From assembly GCF_009914755.1 (NCBI RefSeq), contig NC_060933.1: a stretch of DNA of 64,000 nt; one strand, 5' to 3'. Numbering within the stretch: the first letter of the stretch is position 1; every line of letters begins with the position of its first letter. Under the pieces are notes generated by a model that had not been told where the DNA came from, ran no database searches, and saw only the letters and a program-made list of their open reading frames with translations. Below, in pieces: positions 1-19,880 of this stretch. The DNA is from the human T2T-CHM13v2.0 reference genome, Homo sapiens. Both the position numbers and the translations under genes were made by a program.

Positions 1-461
1 GCTAAGTACTGATTAGCATGTGTATGTGAGGAAATAACTTAAGCCTGCACAAAGAACCAGCAAAAAAGATTACAGGTGCAGTAGCTGGTACTCACACAGG
101 GTTAGAAATAATGCCTATTCCCCCCAGCCGAAGTGGAAAACTCATGTTCATGGTGCATTGGATAGAGTACACAATAGAGTATTACCTTAGAAATGGAGAA
201 TAAAATTCTAGGTTGCCTAGTCTAGCCCTAGACTGAGCACAACTCCAATCCCACTTAACAAACCTTAAAAAGCAAGACTCGGAAGGAGCACATTATTTCA
301 AAGTAACATAGACAAAACATATGAAACAATGGTTTTCAAGACATTAGGCAACAAAGTGCAGCAATGCCTTGAAAGATGGAAAAGAAAGAAGTGAGCCTAT
401 GACTGCCTCAGATTACTCCCCTGAGGAAACCCAAGAATATTTATAAGAATACAAAAACAGA

Positions 462-612
462 GGGAGAGCATCAGGGTAAATAGCTAATACATGTGGGGCT
501 TAATACCTAGGTGATGGATTGACAGGTGCAGCAAACCACCATGGCACACATTTACCTATGTAACAAACCTGCACATCCTACACATGTATCCCAGAAGGTA
601 AAATAAAATAAT
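462..612 (+). mobile_element. Older L1PA 3' end fragment
   Basis: GGTGCAGCAAACCACCATGGCACACATTTACCTATGTAACAAACCTGCAC plus an A-rich tail. Confidence 0.8.
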
Positions 613-951
<339 letters not shown>

Positions 952-1059
952 TCATGGCCCACTGGCCCACTATACGTACAGGATTATATGTTTTTAAAAA
1001 AAAAAAAGTGATTCAAAGAGCATTGTACAAACAAAACAAGATAAACATTTAAGATAGAT

Positions 1060-1197
1060 ATGATTATCATCCAGTTTACCAATGAAGAAACTAACGAACA
1101 GATCAGTTAAAGTCAAACATTTAGTAAGTGAGACAGCTGGGACTAGAACCCAGGCAGATTTGGCTCCAGAGTCCATGTCCCTAATCACTATGCTACA
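1060..1197 (-). mobile_element. MIR
   Basis: Reverse complement of the MIR 5' end and core (GAACCCAGGCAG...GGCTCCAGAGTCC). Confidence 0.65.
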
Positions 1198-1479
1198 GCT
1201 CAGCATGCCACTGCATAGTTTAAAAAAGAAAAGACAAAAACACAATGTAAACCTCAAAGGCTCCCAAATGCATTCAGGAGTTAAAAGACCGTCATTAGCA
1301 GGACATGCGATGCAAGACTATTTGCAATTTAGCCTCAGTGAGACCAGACTTATCAGCTTCATCTGCCCACCACCCCCTACCAACCCACATGCCCCCACAT
1401 TTTAGTCATGTTAATCTTACCATCAGGCCTCAATCACTTACATGCCTTGTATATACATTTGTCACTTATTGCACTATTT

Positions 1480-1695
1480 CAGAGGGGCTGGGCACTGTGC
1501 TAAGCTTAATTTTATATACAGCACCTCACTTTACCCACATGACATACTGTGAGGGAGGGAGGATCTACAGCACTTTACAAAAGTAAGAATCTTCTAGAAA
1601 TTGAATTGCTTGCCCAAAGACAAATATCTAGTAAGTGGCAGTGTATGAACTCAAGCCCAGGTCTGTTCTTACTTCAAAGGGCATGCTCTTTATCA
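1480..1695 (-). mobile_element. MIR
   Basis: TTGCCCAAAG...CTAGTAAGTGGCAG...CCCAGGTCTG. Confidence 0.55.
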
Positions 1696-2944
1696 TAATT
1701 TCCCCACCTAAAATGTGTTCCATCTCCTAACAATGTCCTATTTATTCAAGATGCATCTAGAACAGTGCTTGGCAAGTAGTAGGCACTTAAGAGATATTTG
1801 CTGAATGAATGGAAAGTGAATGAACAAATGCCTCCTCCTCTCTGGAGGCTTCTCTCACCCCCTTACAAAGCTCAGTTGCTCTCTCCACACCGTCACAAAA
1901 CTGGTTTCAAAGCCCTGTTATAAGGCTTCCCAGGTGGTATTCTATGCTTTGTACTTATATATACATATTACCTACTACACTGGGAACTTTGTTTCACTTC
2001 ACCTCTGTATTCCCAGATCCCTAACAAAAGACCTGGTTTTTAAACAAGCGCTTGGTGAATTTGTTAAGTGAATGAAATTCCCTGAGGAGGAGAGAGATGA
2101 GTAAGTGACTCATGATTCACATTAAAACTTCTTTTTCCTCCAGAAGTAAACAACGTTCAGAACTGTGATATACTCAAATGTGTGCTCTATAAATATTGCT
2201 AGGTTTCAACCATCATCCGAGGTATCTAAATTTAACTCATTCAACACATATTTATGAGTAATCTAAATACACACAGATAATGGCTCCTAAGGAGCTTACA
2301 ACCAAGTCAAGGAGACAAAACATAAAATGTAAACAGCCAAACATGGGCTGTTTGAAATCAATAGAAATAAATGACTGGCTGCCACGAATTGATAAAACAA
2401 AATGCTGTGGGTTTGCAAATTGAAGACATCATTCTGAGCTAAGGTTGTGGTCCTGATTATCAGCGGATAGGATGCAATGAGGCTTTTTCTAATCAGTAGC
2501 AAAATGAGAAAAACGGGGACAATACAGTGTACTTTCCATATAAAGATATTTAATTCAATTATAAAAACTATCCTTAATTGGACATCATATTCCTCCTGCC
2601 TTTCAGATATGAAAATGTAATTTCTTTTCAAAAATAATGGTGACAGGAGATGATCATTTTGATGTAACTCCACAAAATTTGTTTTTAAGTCTGTACTTTA
2701 AAATATTCCAAACATTTGGGAACCAGTGAGCTACAGCATTCAAGAGAAGCACCATGAAGAGGTGAAACTTGATTGTTCACATTGCAGAATGAACTGGGTT
2801 TGGCTAGGTGGAGAGGAGTGGGGGGATTTTAAACAAGAGACACATGCTGAGCAAAGTACAGAGGTATGAATGCTCATGCAGAGGCTGGAGAATGCTAGCA
2901 GAATCACCCTGATTGAAACTCAGAAACACTGCAGCTGCAAGTTC

Positions 2945-3110
2945 CTTTTTTTTTTTTTTAAGAGACAGGGTGCTGCCATATTGCCTGGGCTGGGGTGCAG
3001 TGACTATTCACAGGCATGATCATAGCACACTGCACCCTTGAACTGCCAGCCTCAAGCAATCCTCCCACTTCAGCCTCCCTAGGTGCTGGGACCATAGCTG
3101 CATGCCACTT
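2945..3110 (-). mobile_element. FLAM / Alu monomer
   Basis: PolyT followed by an antisense 7SL-derived monomer. Confidence 0.75.
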
Positions 3111-3154
3111 GCAAATTCCTACTAAGTACCCTTCAGATCCTCCACTGAAAACTA

Positions 3155-3827
<673 letters not shown>

Positions 3828-3919
3828 TCAGCACTGAGAAAGGGAAATTTTTCCACCAGTTCAAACACAAGCAGGCCCTCACAAGGGACTGCTACTGAGT
3901 GGTCAAAAAAATCTCAACA

Positions 3920-4228
3920 GGCCAGGCATGGTGGCTCACATCTGTAATTCTAGCACTTGGGTAAGCTGAGCCCAGGAATATGAGACCAGCCTGGTTAGCA
4001 GAGCAAGACCCCAGCTCCATCAGGAAAAAATAAAAAAAAATTAAAAAATCAGCAGGGCATGGTGGTACACGCCTGTAGTCTTGGCTACTCGGGAGGCTGA
4101 GGCAGGATGTTAGCTTGAGCCCAGGAGTTCAAGGCTGCAGTCAGCCAGGATACTGCCACTGCACTCCACCCTAGGCAACAGAGTGAGACTCTCTGAAAAC
4201 AAACAAACAAACAAACAAAAAAAAAAAA
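3920..4228 (+). mobile_element. AluJ
   Basis: Dimer with CTTGAGCCCAGGAGTTCAAGGCTGCAG. Confidence 0.85.
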
Positions 4229-5571
4229 CCCTCAACCCCAGAATTTAAACCGAAGTGGTCCCAAACTAAGAGTGGCTTCAGGACACTAACAAAATATGTA
4301 AACCTTCTCTGGAAAAATCCACTTCAAACTCGGCTTCAAAATTTTTCTCACAGAAAGCTCCAAGAAATATGAGCTCACTGGCAAAAATCAGAAAACCCTG
4401 GGGAAACAAGGCCCATAAATAAGAACCTCAGAAATAAAAGATGGCAGAGTCAGACCTTCAGACTTCAGGTATTAGAATTATGGGAGACAGAATATGGAAT
4501 ATTTAATAAGCTTAAATAAATTTTTAAAAGATTAAAAATGAGTAAACAGTAAGAAACTATGACATGACCAAGGAAAACTGAAAAAGAACAAAATAGTTCT
4601 CAAAATAAGAATGAATAACTGAACGGATGACTTAAGAGCAGGAAAGATACAACCAGGGAGAGAATTCATGAACTTAAAGAAATGATACAAAATAGAGTTC
4701 AAAAAGAAAAACAGAAAATAGAAAACAAAAGCTACACAAGATAAACGCAGAAGTAAAACATTAAGACAAATCAATACTCTGGAAGAGAAGAGGATGAGAC
4801 ATAGCCAACAGCTGTTTTTAATACTCTAGCTATCTCTTAAGATTTCTACCTTAACTTCATTCTTGGTCTGAAAATACAGAGAACTTCCCAGAACTAACAA
4901 CAGATACACATTCACACATTTAAAAGGACCAATGAACGCAAAGCAAAATAAATAAAAAGAAATCTAGAAGTTCTGGCTCCCAGTAACAGGCACACTCCAC
5001 CCTGTCTCTCCACAACGAGAAAATACCTCTATAAAACCAGGGGAGAATTCATGGAGCGCTATTTGAGGAACCTAGAAAGTAGAGTAGCAGATGAAATGGG
5101 ATAGAAGATTCTAATTAAAAGTACCACCAAACCAGTGGTGTGTTTGAGTTTGTTCCTCCATTATCACTCAGCATAGACTCAAGGCAGCCCAAATACTGGA
5201 CGTGGACATCAGCATGAATAACTTCCAAGAGAAGCTGGCTAGTTCAGGCTCAAGAAGTAGAAAAGAGGCAGCAGCCTACAGGTACCTAAAGCATTGAGTG
5301 AGGGAAGGAACCTTTCCCTACAACCAGAGGAAGTGTGGCCTTAAGAGGATAGGGCAAACCCCTATTACTTTCTTTTCTACTCTGTCCTCTCACTGCGAAG
5401 CCCAGACTACATACACAATCATGGGAAGTACACAGCAGAGCAGGGTTAAATAAAGGGAGCCGCAGGGCACTGAGGAGATGGCAAGAGAGGGCAGTTCAAG
5501 AAAATGACTTCAGAAAGCTGATTTTGAACTCCAGGGCTCACCTCGGAGCCTACCAGCAATGCATAAAGGTC

Positions 5572-5848
5572 TGGCCCAGTGCAGTGGCTCACACCTGTAA
5601 ACTCAACACTTTGAGAGGCCAAGAGAGAGGATCGCTTGAGGCCAGGAGTTCAAGACCAGCCTGGGGAGCATAGCAAGACCCAGTCTCCACCAAAAATTTA
5701 AAAATTAGGCAGATGTGGCAGTGTGCACAGCTACTTAAGAGGACTGCTTGAGCCCAGGAGTTCAAGGCTGCAGTGAGCCATGGTTCTGCCACTCCACTCC
5801 GGGCAACAGAGTAGGACCCTGTCTCAAGCGGAAAAAAAAAAAAAAAAA
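5572..5848 (+). mobile_element. AluJ (internal deletion)
   Basis: Alu dimer with A tail. Confidence 0.85.
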
Positions 5849-5989
5849 GGTCCACAGGTCCTCTTCTTCTACATACATACATCCTAGTCAACAACTAAAA
5901 AAAATTTTTTTTTAATTTAAAGGTAGGGTCTCAAAGTCCTGTATCCTTGAGCAATCCTCCCACCTAAGTGTAAGCCCTGTGCCCAGCCC

Positions 5990-6690
5990 AGACTTTGTAA
6001 TTTTAGCCATTCTATTGGGGGTGTAGGAGCTTTCTCACTGTAGTTTTAATTTGCATTTTCCTAATGACTAAAATGATGCTGAGCATTTTTTCTTGCACTT
6101 ATTTTCCATTTGTATATCTTCTTTAATACTCTTTTCAAATCTTTTGTCCATTTTTATTGGATTGTCTTATTGAGTTATGAGGGTCTCATATGTACATATA
6201 ATATGATACATTTTATTTTTTATTTTATTTTTTGAGACAGGGTCTCACTCTGTAGCCCAGACTGGAGTGCAATGACATGAACACAGCTTACTGCAGCCTC
6301 AACCTCCTGGCTCAAGCAATTCTTCCCCTTCAGCCTCCCAAGTAGCCAGGACTACAGCCATGCACCACCACATCCAGCTATTTTTTTTTTCTTTTGTAAA
6401 GACAGGGTCTCCCTATTAGCCCAGGCTAGTCTCAAACTCCTAGGCTCATGCAATCTTCCTGCCTCAGCCTCCCAAAATTACAGGCGTGAGCCAACATGCC
6501 CAGCTGATATATGTTTTACATGAAGGTGGAAATGGAAATAGAAAGAACTGGCCAAATGCATGTGTTTTTTAGAAGTCTGTGGTTTGTCTTTTCATTTTCT
6601 TAATGACAGGTTTTGAAGAGCAAAAGACTTTAATTTTGATAAAGTTCAGTTTACTCTTTTACAGTGTGCTCTTTGTGTCCTACTTAAGAA
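5990..6690 (-). mobile_element. Old L1M fragment containing an antisense AluJ (about 6213-6505)
   Basis: TTTTAATTTGCATTTTCCTAATGACT-type antisense ORF2 3' sequence. Confidence 0.7.
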
Positions 6691-8149
6691 GGTAAACTTG
6701 ACAGCACCTTATCATTAGATTAGGGGGATAAAATAACATGGAAGGTATCAAAGGTAATTCCTAGATTTCTGCTTTAGATGAATGAATAAAGGCAACACAT
6801 TACTGAGACTATATCTCCTCACAGAACATCCACAACCCACCATTAAACCAAATCACCCTTTCTGAATTTCCACTTCCACTGACTTCCCAACAGCATTCTA
6901 CAAGGCTTAACTTTGTCTCTTCTATTCCCCGAGGCTCAAATCTTGAAACTCACTTCACTATATTCAGCCTGAAAACAGTTCTTATTCATTCATGCCCATA
7001 ATTTCCAAATCTCTACACTATCTTCCTGGTGACAAATGGCAGCCAATAATTATTGAGAACCATGCTAGGTGACAGGCACTGTGCTTCTCTTCTGTCTACT
7101 GCATCTCTCTCCTCAGCCTATCATTAGTTTACAATCAACCAAATTCATCCTTCTCGACCTCAATGCCAGTTCTCCCTCCTGACTCGCCAGTGTCTATGAA
7201 GGGTATTATGAGGCCCAAATTGGAAACCTTGATATCATCACCTTTCATTTCAGCTTCTCCTCTCTCCCCCATATTCAATTAATTTAATGGTTCTCTAACT
7301 ACACTACCTTAAATGCTGGAGGTTTGGAAGCTAGACAAAGGTGCCAAAAATGGCCTTTTCCCAATTTGCATGAAAAAATAAGGTAATATAATTTTAAGTT
7401 TTCTTACCACAAATTTTTCTTAAACCTTTATCACCTGCTACTCCCTGTCTATTCTGGAATGTAATATAAAATAATATCTGATTTAGGGAAAAAATGTAAA
7501 GTTTAATATATAAATATTTCATAGTATTCCACAGAATACCATGACTTTTAGGTACTTCATCACCTGAACATGCTTGAGTACCACTGAACTAATAATTTGC
7601 AACTTATATTCCTGCTAAATTGTTCTTTCCTGTGCAATGTGAAACTTTTCCTATGAGGAAGTCAGACCAAGGTAGGAAAGGTCAGACCAATTTGCCTGAG
7701 AAAATATTAAAAAGTAGGCCATTGGGACACTATAAATTTCTTTCTCCTCAATTCCAGGCTATAACTACTTATCCTGTGGTAGCAAAGAGAATAACCAGCT
7801 TATAGGTGGAATAGGAATAACTTTCAATGATCACTGTAAGAATAACTGACTTTGTATTCTAGTCACAAGTGAGACAGCCTAGGCTACATTCACCAGTTAA
7901 ACCAGCACGTTCTGGATTGCCATTCTCTTCTGATTATCAGTATTTACACCATAGATAAAGCACAACATTAGCCTAAGAAAAATAACAGAAATATAAATAT
8001 TTATACTCCTAAAGCGGATTGCTAAAGCCACATGATTTGGGGATTATCAGTTATCTGGAACCATCACAAATATAAATCCTGGGAGTTAAACATATAAATA
8101 GACTACTGATTATATTCTTTTAAGAACGAAACCCAGTCAACACCAAACT

Positions 8150-9200
8150 GCATCACTGAGTTAAACATTTATGTAATTATGCAATATACAGCAACTGAGT
8201 ACCGTTATGTGCCACATACAGTGCAAGTCACTCAAGGTTTAACAGTGAGCAAGAGGCTCACAGTACCTGACTTCATGAAGCCCACACACTATGAGAAAGA
8301 CAATCAAAGAACACTAACAGCCAGTGATGATAACAAAGTGCCTTCAAGTGCGGCAGGAGGGTAAAGGGGATGCTCGCTTAAGGGTTCTCAGCCAGAGCTC
8401 TAATTGAGCTGAAACCTAAAGAATGAGCAGAAGTTAAACAAGGGAATCTACACGTGTGATTAAGGTGAGAGGTGAGGGGTGCTATCAATGAGGCTGCGGT
8501 CAGACTAGCATGGAAGACAAAATACACTTAGAATCACATCGATCTGGGCTCCAGTTGCAGCTCCACCACACAAACGGCCTAACATCTCTGACTTCAGTCA
8601 CTTCATTTGTAAAGGGCAGTGATAAAAATACTTACTTCATAGGATTATGGAGAGGATTAAATAACATAATGATGTAAATTTATTCATTCCACACTTGATA
8701 GCTCTGTGACCTTGTGCAACTGGAAACCTCTCTGTGACTTTCTCATCTGTAAAATGGGGATCTAACAGTACCTTCTCCATAGGATTGTTAATAAGGATAA
8801 ACTCAAAGAATAAACATGAAAATTTAACAAGACAACAAATATAAACTATTTGGAATAAGTTCTAAAGTTCAAAAGAGTTCAATAAATTTTGGTTATTCAA
8901 TTTGTGTTATTTTTATACTAACAGACAGAGTTGAGGTCTCAAAGGGCCTTAAAGCCATATTAGGTGTATGGATTTTAATCTGGAAGCATGGAGAGCAGCT
9001 GAAGGATTTTAAGCAGTCAACTGACATGTTCAGATTGGTCTTCTGGAAGGCTCACCCTGGATACTGTACAGAGACTGGACTGGAAGAGTCAAAGTGGTAG
9101 AAAGAGCCCAGTCAGGAGGAATTACAGCCATTAAGGTAGGAGAAGATGGTGCCCTGGACCAAGGGAACATCAGCGGAGAGATGAGTGCATGAAGCAACAA
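8150..9200. mobile_element. L2 and MIR fragments
   Basis: GGATTTTAAGCAG / GAGCTGAAACCT (L2) and CTCATCTGTAAAATGGGGAT (MIR core). Confidence 0.55.
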
Positions 9201-9627
9201 GGCTAGATATTTGCATTTAGGATGTGAGATGTCCCCAACATCTTACAGACTATTCCCTCTCTCCTGCCCTCTACCCTCCTATTAAAAATTCATGAAGTTT
9301 CTTTCATTCCCACTATCACCACACTCTGCGATTCCCAAACTATAACTTTAGTTTCCACTGTCATGAACTTCATTCAGGTCTAAATGTCACCTGCCCCTGG
9401 AAAGCTCCTCACACTTAATATAACCCATATCAAAGCAATCATTTATTTCCCTAGAAAAATCTCAATTTCCCTATTTTTAATCCTAGTTCTGCCACGTCTT
9501 TCTCTCAATCACCCAGGCTACAAACTCTAGAGTCCTCATCATGTGGTTGTGAAGACCTTCTAATCTTCTGATGCTACATCTTGATAATTCTCACTGACAC
9601 CTGGACTCTTAAAATAAAGGTGATGTC

Positions 9628-9990
<363 letters not shown>

Positions 9991-10047
9991 TCATTTGTCT
10001 TCCACCTTCAGTCATTTTACCCTTCAGTCCTGGTTATACTCATGGGT

Positions 10048-10053
10048 CACACA

Positions 10054-10098
<45 letters not shown>

Positions 10099-10104
10099 AC
10101 ACAC
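10048..10104. repeat. (CA)n microsatellite
   Basis: Interrupted CA run. Confidence 0.95.
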
Positions 10105-10704
10105 GTAGAGACAGAGAGAGACTAATAAACAGGCAGAGCTACCTAATCTCTTGAATTAAAATTAGTTACATTGGTTATAATAATTACACACAAAAAGTTC
10201 AGTGAAAGCAGAGACAGGAATAATTCTAACAGAATGCACTCTAGAAATTTCAGCTTATTCTGTAAGGCAATAAAGTTCTACCTTCGTGGTGCAAATGCCT
10301 GCTAGTTACTAGGAATTCAACTAGGAACAATGAACATAAACCAGTTCTTCAGCCACAGATCTGAGAAGGGGATCTGACCATCACTCGCAAGCACAAAGAA
10401 CAGTGCCCATGGTAACCCATTCAACCACCTGTGGCAAAACAGCAAATCTAGATAGAGCTCTCCTTACTCAAGAAAGCAAGTGAAAAATAAAAGATCTGTC
10501 AAAAAACATTGCAAATGAGAGAAAAGCATCATCATCTCTTGGAAGACGAATATATTTCTGAAAAAGATTAAGAAATATGCTTCAGGAAACTGACATCCTT
10601 AAATAGAACAGAGAAAAAAAAAACACCACCTCTATAAAACAGGAACAAAAAGCTGCAAGGAAGAGGAGAACAAGACAAGTAACAACAGCTGTTTTTTTTT
10701 TTTT

Positions 10705-10936
10705 TAAAAAGGCCAATGTAACCTTGATATCAAAATCCGACAAGATTACAAAAAAAAAATTGTAGCCAAAATCTCTTATGAATACAGATGTAAACATAAA
10801 ACAAAATATTAGTAAATGGAATATAATAATATCCAAAAAAGAATAGTATAACATGACCAAGTGGGTTTATCCCAGGAATGCAAGGCTGGTTTAACATTTG
10901 AAAATAAATGTAATTCACTACATAAAACTGGAAAAA
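10705..10936 (+). mobile_element. Ancient L1M ORF2 fragment (left part of the host element)
   Basis: Degenerate ...[16 protein letters not shown]... coding sequence that resumes at 17323. Confidence 0.8.
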
Positions 10937-11388
<452 letters not shown>

Positions 11389-11480
11389 TCAGTGGGTGCG
11401 GGCACCGTGCACGAGCTGAAGCAGGGTGAGGCATTGCCTCACTTGGGAAGCGCAAGGGGTCAGGGAGTTCCCTTTCCGAG

Positions 11481-11696
11481 TCAAAGAAAGAGGTGACGGA
11501 TGCACCTGGAAAATTGGGTCACTCCCACCCGAATATTGCGCTTTTCGGACCGGCTTAAAAAACGGCGCACCACGATATTATATCCCGCACCTGGCTCAGA
11601 GGGTCCTACACCCACGGTGTCTCGCTGATTGCTAGCACAGCAGTCTGAGATCAAACAGCAAGGCGGCAGCGAGGCTGGGGGAGGGGCGCCCGCCAT
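11481..11696 (-). CDS. L1 ORF0, intact 71 aa (MAGAPPPASLPP...RCIRHLFL)
   Basis: Track ORF 11481..11765 from its second Met. Context ggcaATGG; 216 nt; matches the primate L1 antisense ORF0. Confidence 0.85.
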   Translation of the reverse strand: MAGAPPPASLPPCCLISDCCASNQRDTVGVGPSEPGAGYNIVVRRFLSRSEKRNIRVGVTQFSRCIRHLFL

Positions 11697-12147
11697 TGCC
11701 CAGGCTTGCTTAGGTAAACAAAGCAGCCAGGAAGCTCGAACTGGGTGGAGCCCACCATAGCTCAAGGAGGCCTGCCTGCCTCTGTAGGCTCCACCTCTGG
11801 GGGAAGGGCACAGACAAACAAAAAGACAGCAGTAACCTCTGCAGACTTAAATGTCCCTGTCTGACAGCTTTGAAGAGAGCAGTGGTTTTCCCAGCACACA
11901 GCTGGAGATCTGAGAACGGGCAGACTGCCTCCTCAAGTGGTTCCCTGACCCCTGACCCCCGAGCAGCCTAACTGGGAGGCACCCCCCAGCAGGGGCACAC
12001 TGACACCTCACACAGCAGGGTATTCCAACAGACCTGCAGCTGAGGGTCCTGTCTGTTAGAAGGAAAACTAACAAACAGGACATCCACACCAAAAACCCAT
12101 CTGTACATCACCATCATCAAAGACCAAAAGTAGATAAAACCACAAAG

Positions 12148-13152
12148 ATGGGGAAAAAACAGAACAGAAAAACTGGAAACTCTAAAACGCAGAGCGTCTC
12201 TCCTCCTCCAAAGGAACGCAGTTCCTCACCAGCAACGGAACAAAGCTGGATGGAGAATGACTTTGACAAGCTGAGAGAAGAAGGCTTCAGACGATCAAAT
12301 TACTCTGAGCTACGGGAGGACATTCAAACCAAAGGCAAAGAAGTTGAAAACTTTGAAAAAAATTTAGAAGAATGTATAACTAGAATAACCAATACAGAGA
12401 AGTGCTTAAAGGAGCTGATGGAGCTGAAAACCAAGGCTCGAGAACTACGTGAAGAATGCAGAAGCCTCAGGAGCCGATGCAATCAACTGGAAGAAAGGGT
12501 ATCAGCAATGGAAGATGAAATGAAGCGAGAAGGGAAGTTTAGAGAAAAAAGAATAAAAAGAAATGAGCAAAGCCTCCAAGAAATATGGGACTATGTGAAA
12601 AGACCAAATCTACGCCTGATTGGTGTACCTGAAAGTGATGGGGAGAATGGAACCAAGTTGGAAAACACTGCAGGATATGATCCAGGAGAACTTCCCCAAT
12701 CTAGCAAGGCAGGCCAACGTTCAGATTCAGGAAATACAGAGAACGCCACACAGATACTCCTTGAGAAGAGCAACTCCAAGACACATAATTGTCAGATTCA
12801 CCAAAGTTGAAATGATGGAAAAAATGTTAAGGGCAGCCAGAGAGAAAGGTCGGGTTACCCTCAAAGGGAAGTCCATCAGACTAACAGCAGATCTCTCAGC
12901 AGAAACCCTACAAGCCAGAAGAGAGTGGGGACCAATATTCAACATTCTTAAAGAAAAGAATTTTCAACCCAGAATTTCATATCCAGCCAAACTAAGCTTC
13001 GTAAGTGAAGGAGAAATAAAATACTTTACAGACAAGCAAATGCTGAGAGATTTTGTCACCACCAGGCCTGCCCTAAAAGAGCTCCTGAAGGAAGTGCTAA
13101 ACATGGAAAGGAACAATGGTACCAGCCGCTGCAAAATCATGCCAAAATGTAA
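12148..13152 (+). pseudogene. L1 ORF1, frameshifted
   Basis: MGKKQNRKTGNSK start; 9-nt in-frame loss near 12520, 2-nt deletion near 12669, 1-nt deletion near 13115. Confidence 0.92.
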
Positions 13153-13200
13153 AGACCATCGAGACTAGGAAGAAACTGCATCAACTAATGAGCAAAATAA

Positions 13201-17030
<3,830 letters not shown>

Positions 17031-18543
17031 ACAATGAGATCACATGGACACAGGAAGGGGAATATCACACTATGGGGCCTGTGGTGGGGTGGGGGGAGTG
17101 GGAAGGGATAGCATTGGCAGATATACCTAATGCTAGATGATGAGTTAGTGGGTGCAGCGCACCAGCATGGCACATGTATACATATGTAACTAACCCGCAC
17201 AATGTGCACATGTACCCTAAAACTTAAAGTATAAAAAATAAAAATAAAAAAAACAATAAAAAAATAAAATAAAATATAAAATAAAATAAAAAATAAAAAT
17301 AAATAAAAAAACTGGAAAAAAGAAAAATTATAATCGTCTCAAGAGATGCAGAAAAGGCATTCGGTAAAATTCAACATCCATTCATGACAAAAACTCTCAG
17401 CAACGTAAAAATGGACAGAAACTTCTCAAACTGATCAAGGGCATCTAAGAAAAACAGCTATCAACATACTGGTTGACACTGATGAGATGGTAAGATATTA
17501 AGCACTTTCCTCTGAATTCAGGTATAAGACCACTATATCTGTACTCAGATGAACCTATTCATCATATCAGAGGTCTTACCCAGTGAAATAAGGCAAGAAA
17601 TAAAAAGTATAAAGATCAAAAACTAGGAAGTAAAATTGTCATTCACAGAAAACCTGACTGTATACATATAAAATAAAAAAAACCTAAAAACATCATTAGA
17701 ATTAAGTACATTTAGCAAGGTTGCTGGATACAATGTCAACATACAAGAGAAATCTACTGTATTTCTATATGCTAGTAAAAACTAGAAAATGACATTTAAA
17801 AAGCAATGCCATTTACAATAGTATGGGAAAAAAAATCAAAGAACTACAAATAAATCTAACAAAAGATGTTCAGGACCCTGCACTAAAAACTACAAAATGC
17901 TGCTGAAAAAAAATTGAAGATATGTAAGGAGAGATATGTCATCTTCATTAACTAGAAGACTCAATATTGTTAATATCAACTCTCTACAAATTAGGGATGC
18001 AATGCAATTCCATCAAAATTGTGGAATTTCACAAGCTGATTATAAAATGTATATGGTCATGCAAAGGACCTAGAATAGTCCCAAACAATCTGAATAACAA
18101 AATTGAAAGAATTCCACTATTAAATAACGAGACTTACTTTAAAGGTACAGTAATTAAGATTGCATGGTATTAATGCAATGGAAAGAACAGAGTCCAGAAA
18201 TACAAACGTATACCTGATTTACAAGAAAGATGCCATTGAAATTGAGTGGGAAAAGAATCGTCTTGATAAATGTTAAGTCAAATGGACAACCACATGAGGG
18301 AAGAAAAGGAATTAACCTTGATGTATAACTTATATCATACATAAAAATTCATATGAAATGGATCACATCACGGAACTAAAATTAAAATGTAAAACAAAGC
18401 TTCTAGGATAAAACAAACAAAAGTATATTCATGGTCTTTGGTTAGGCAAATATTTCTTAAACAGAACACATCAAAAAGTAAAGAAAGGAAAGGATCAATA
18501 AAATAGACTTAAGATCTCTTGTTAATCAAAAAGCACTATTAAG

Positions 18544-18848
18544 TGGCTGGGCCCAGTGGCTCACGCCTGTAATCCCAGCACTTTGGGAGGCTGAGGCAGG
18601 CAGATCATTTGAGGTCAGGAGTTCAAGACCAGGCTGGACAACATGGTGAAACCCTGTCTCTATTAAAAGTACAAGAATTATCCAGGCGTGGTGGCACACA
18701 CCTGTAATCCCAGCTACTCAGTAGGAGGTTGAGGCATAAGAATCACTTGAACCTGGGAGGCAGAGGTTGCAGTGAGCCTAGATGAAGCCATTGCATTCCA
18801 GTCTGGGCAATGAAGCAAGACTCCATCTCAAAAACAAAAACAAAAACA
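18544..18848 (+). mobile_element. AluS
   Basis: TSD AAGCACTATTAAGTG. Confidence 0.9.
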
Positions 18849-19574
18849 AGCACTATTAAGTGTAAAAAGGCAAGCTGCAGACTGAAGAAAGATTTTTGTA
18901 ATACTTATGTCTGACAAAGTACTCACATTCAATAATATAAAGAATGCCTACCAATCAGTAAGAAAAGAACAGAGAACATAGTGAAAAACAGGAAAAGACC
19001 TGAATAGGTACCTCACAAAAGAAGATATCTAAATGGCCAAGAAGCATATGAAAAGGTGCTTAACATGAGTAATCAGTCATCAGGGAAATGCAGATTAAAA
19101 CCACAATGAGCTACGAAAACATGACATTAATGGCTAATAATATGGCTAAAAAAGACTAACAATATAAAGTGTTGGATATGAAACAAGTGGAACTGTCATA
19201 TATAGCTGATGAGGTATGAATTGGCACACAATTTGGAAAACTGTCAGAATCTACTAAAGCTAAACATATTTATAAATTTTGAACAAGCAATTCCAATCCT
19301 GGGTATAAACCTAACAGAAAGGAACACTTTTGTTAACTGTAAGACATCTATAAGAATATTCATAACAACTTTATTCATAATAGCCAAAAATGGGAATCGT
19401 ACTACGCAGCAATGAAAAACAATGAACTACAATTACATACAACAACACAGATGAATTCTACCAACACAATGTAGAGCAGAAGAAGCCACACCCATGAGCA
19501 TATACTGCAAGATTCCATTTATATGAAGTTCAAGAATGGGCAAAATTGCTACAGTGACAGAAATCAGAATAGTG

Positions 19575-19880
<306 letters not shown>

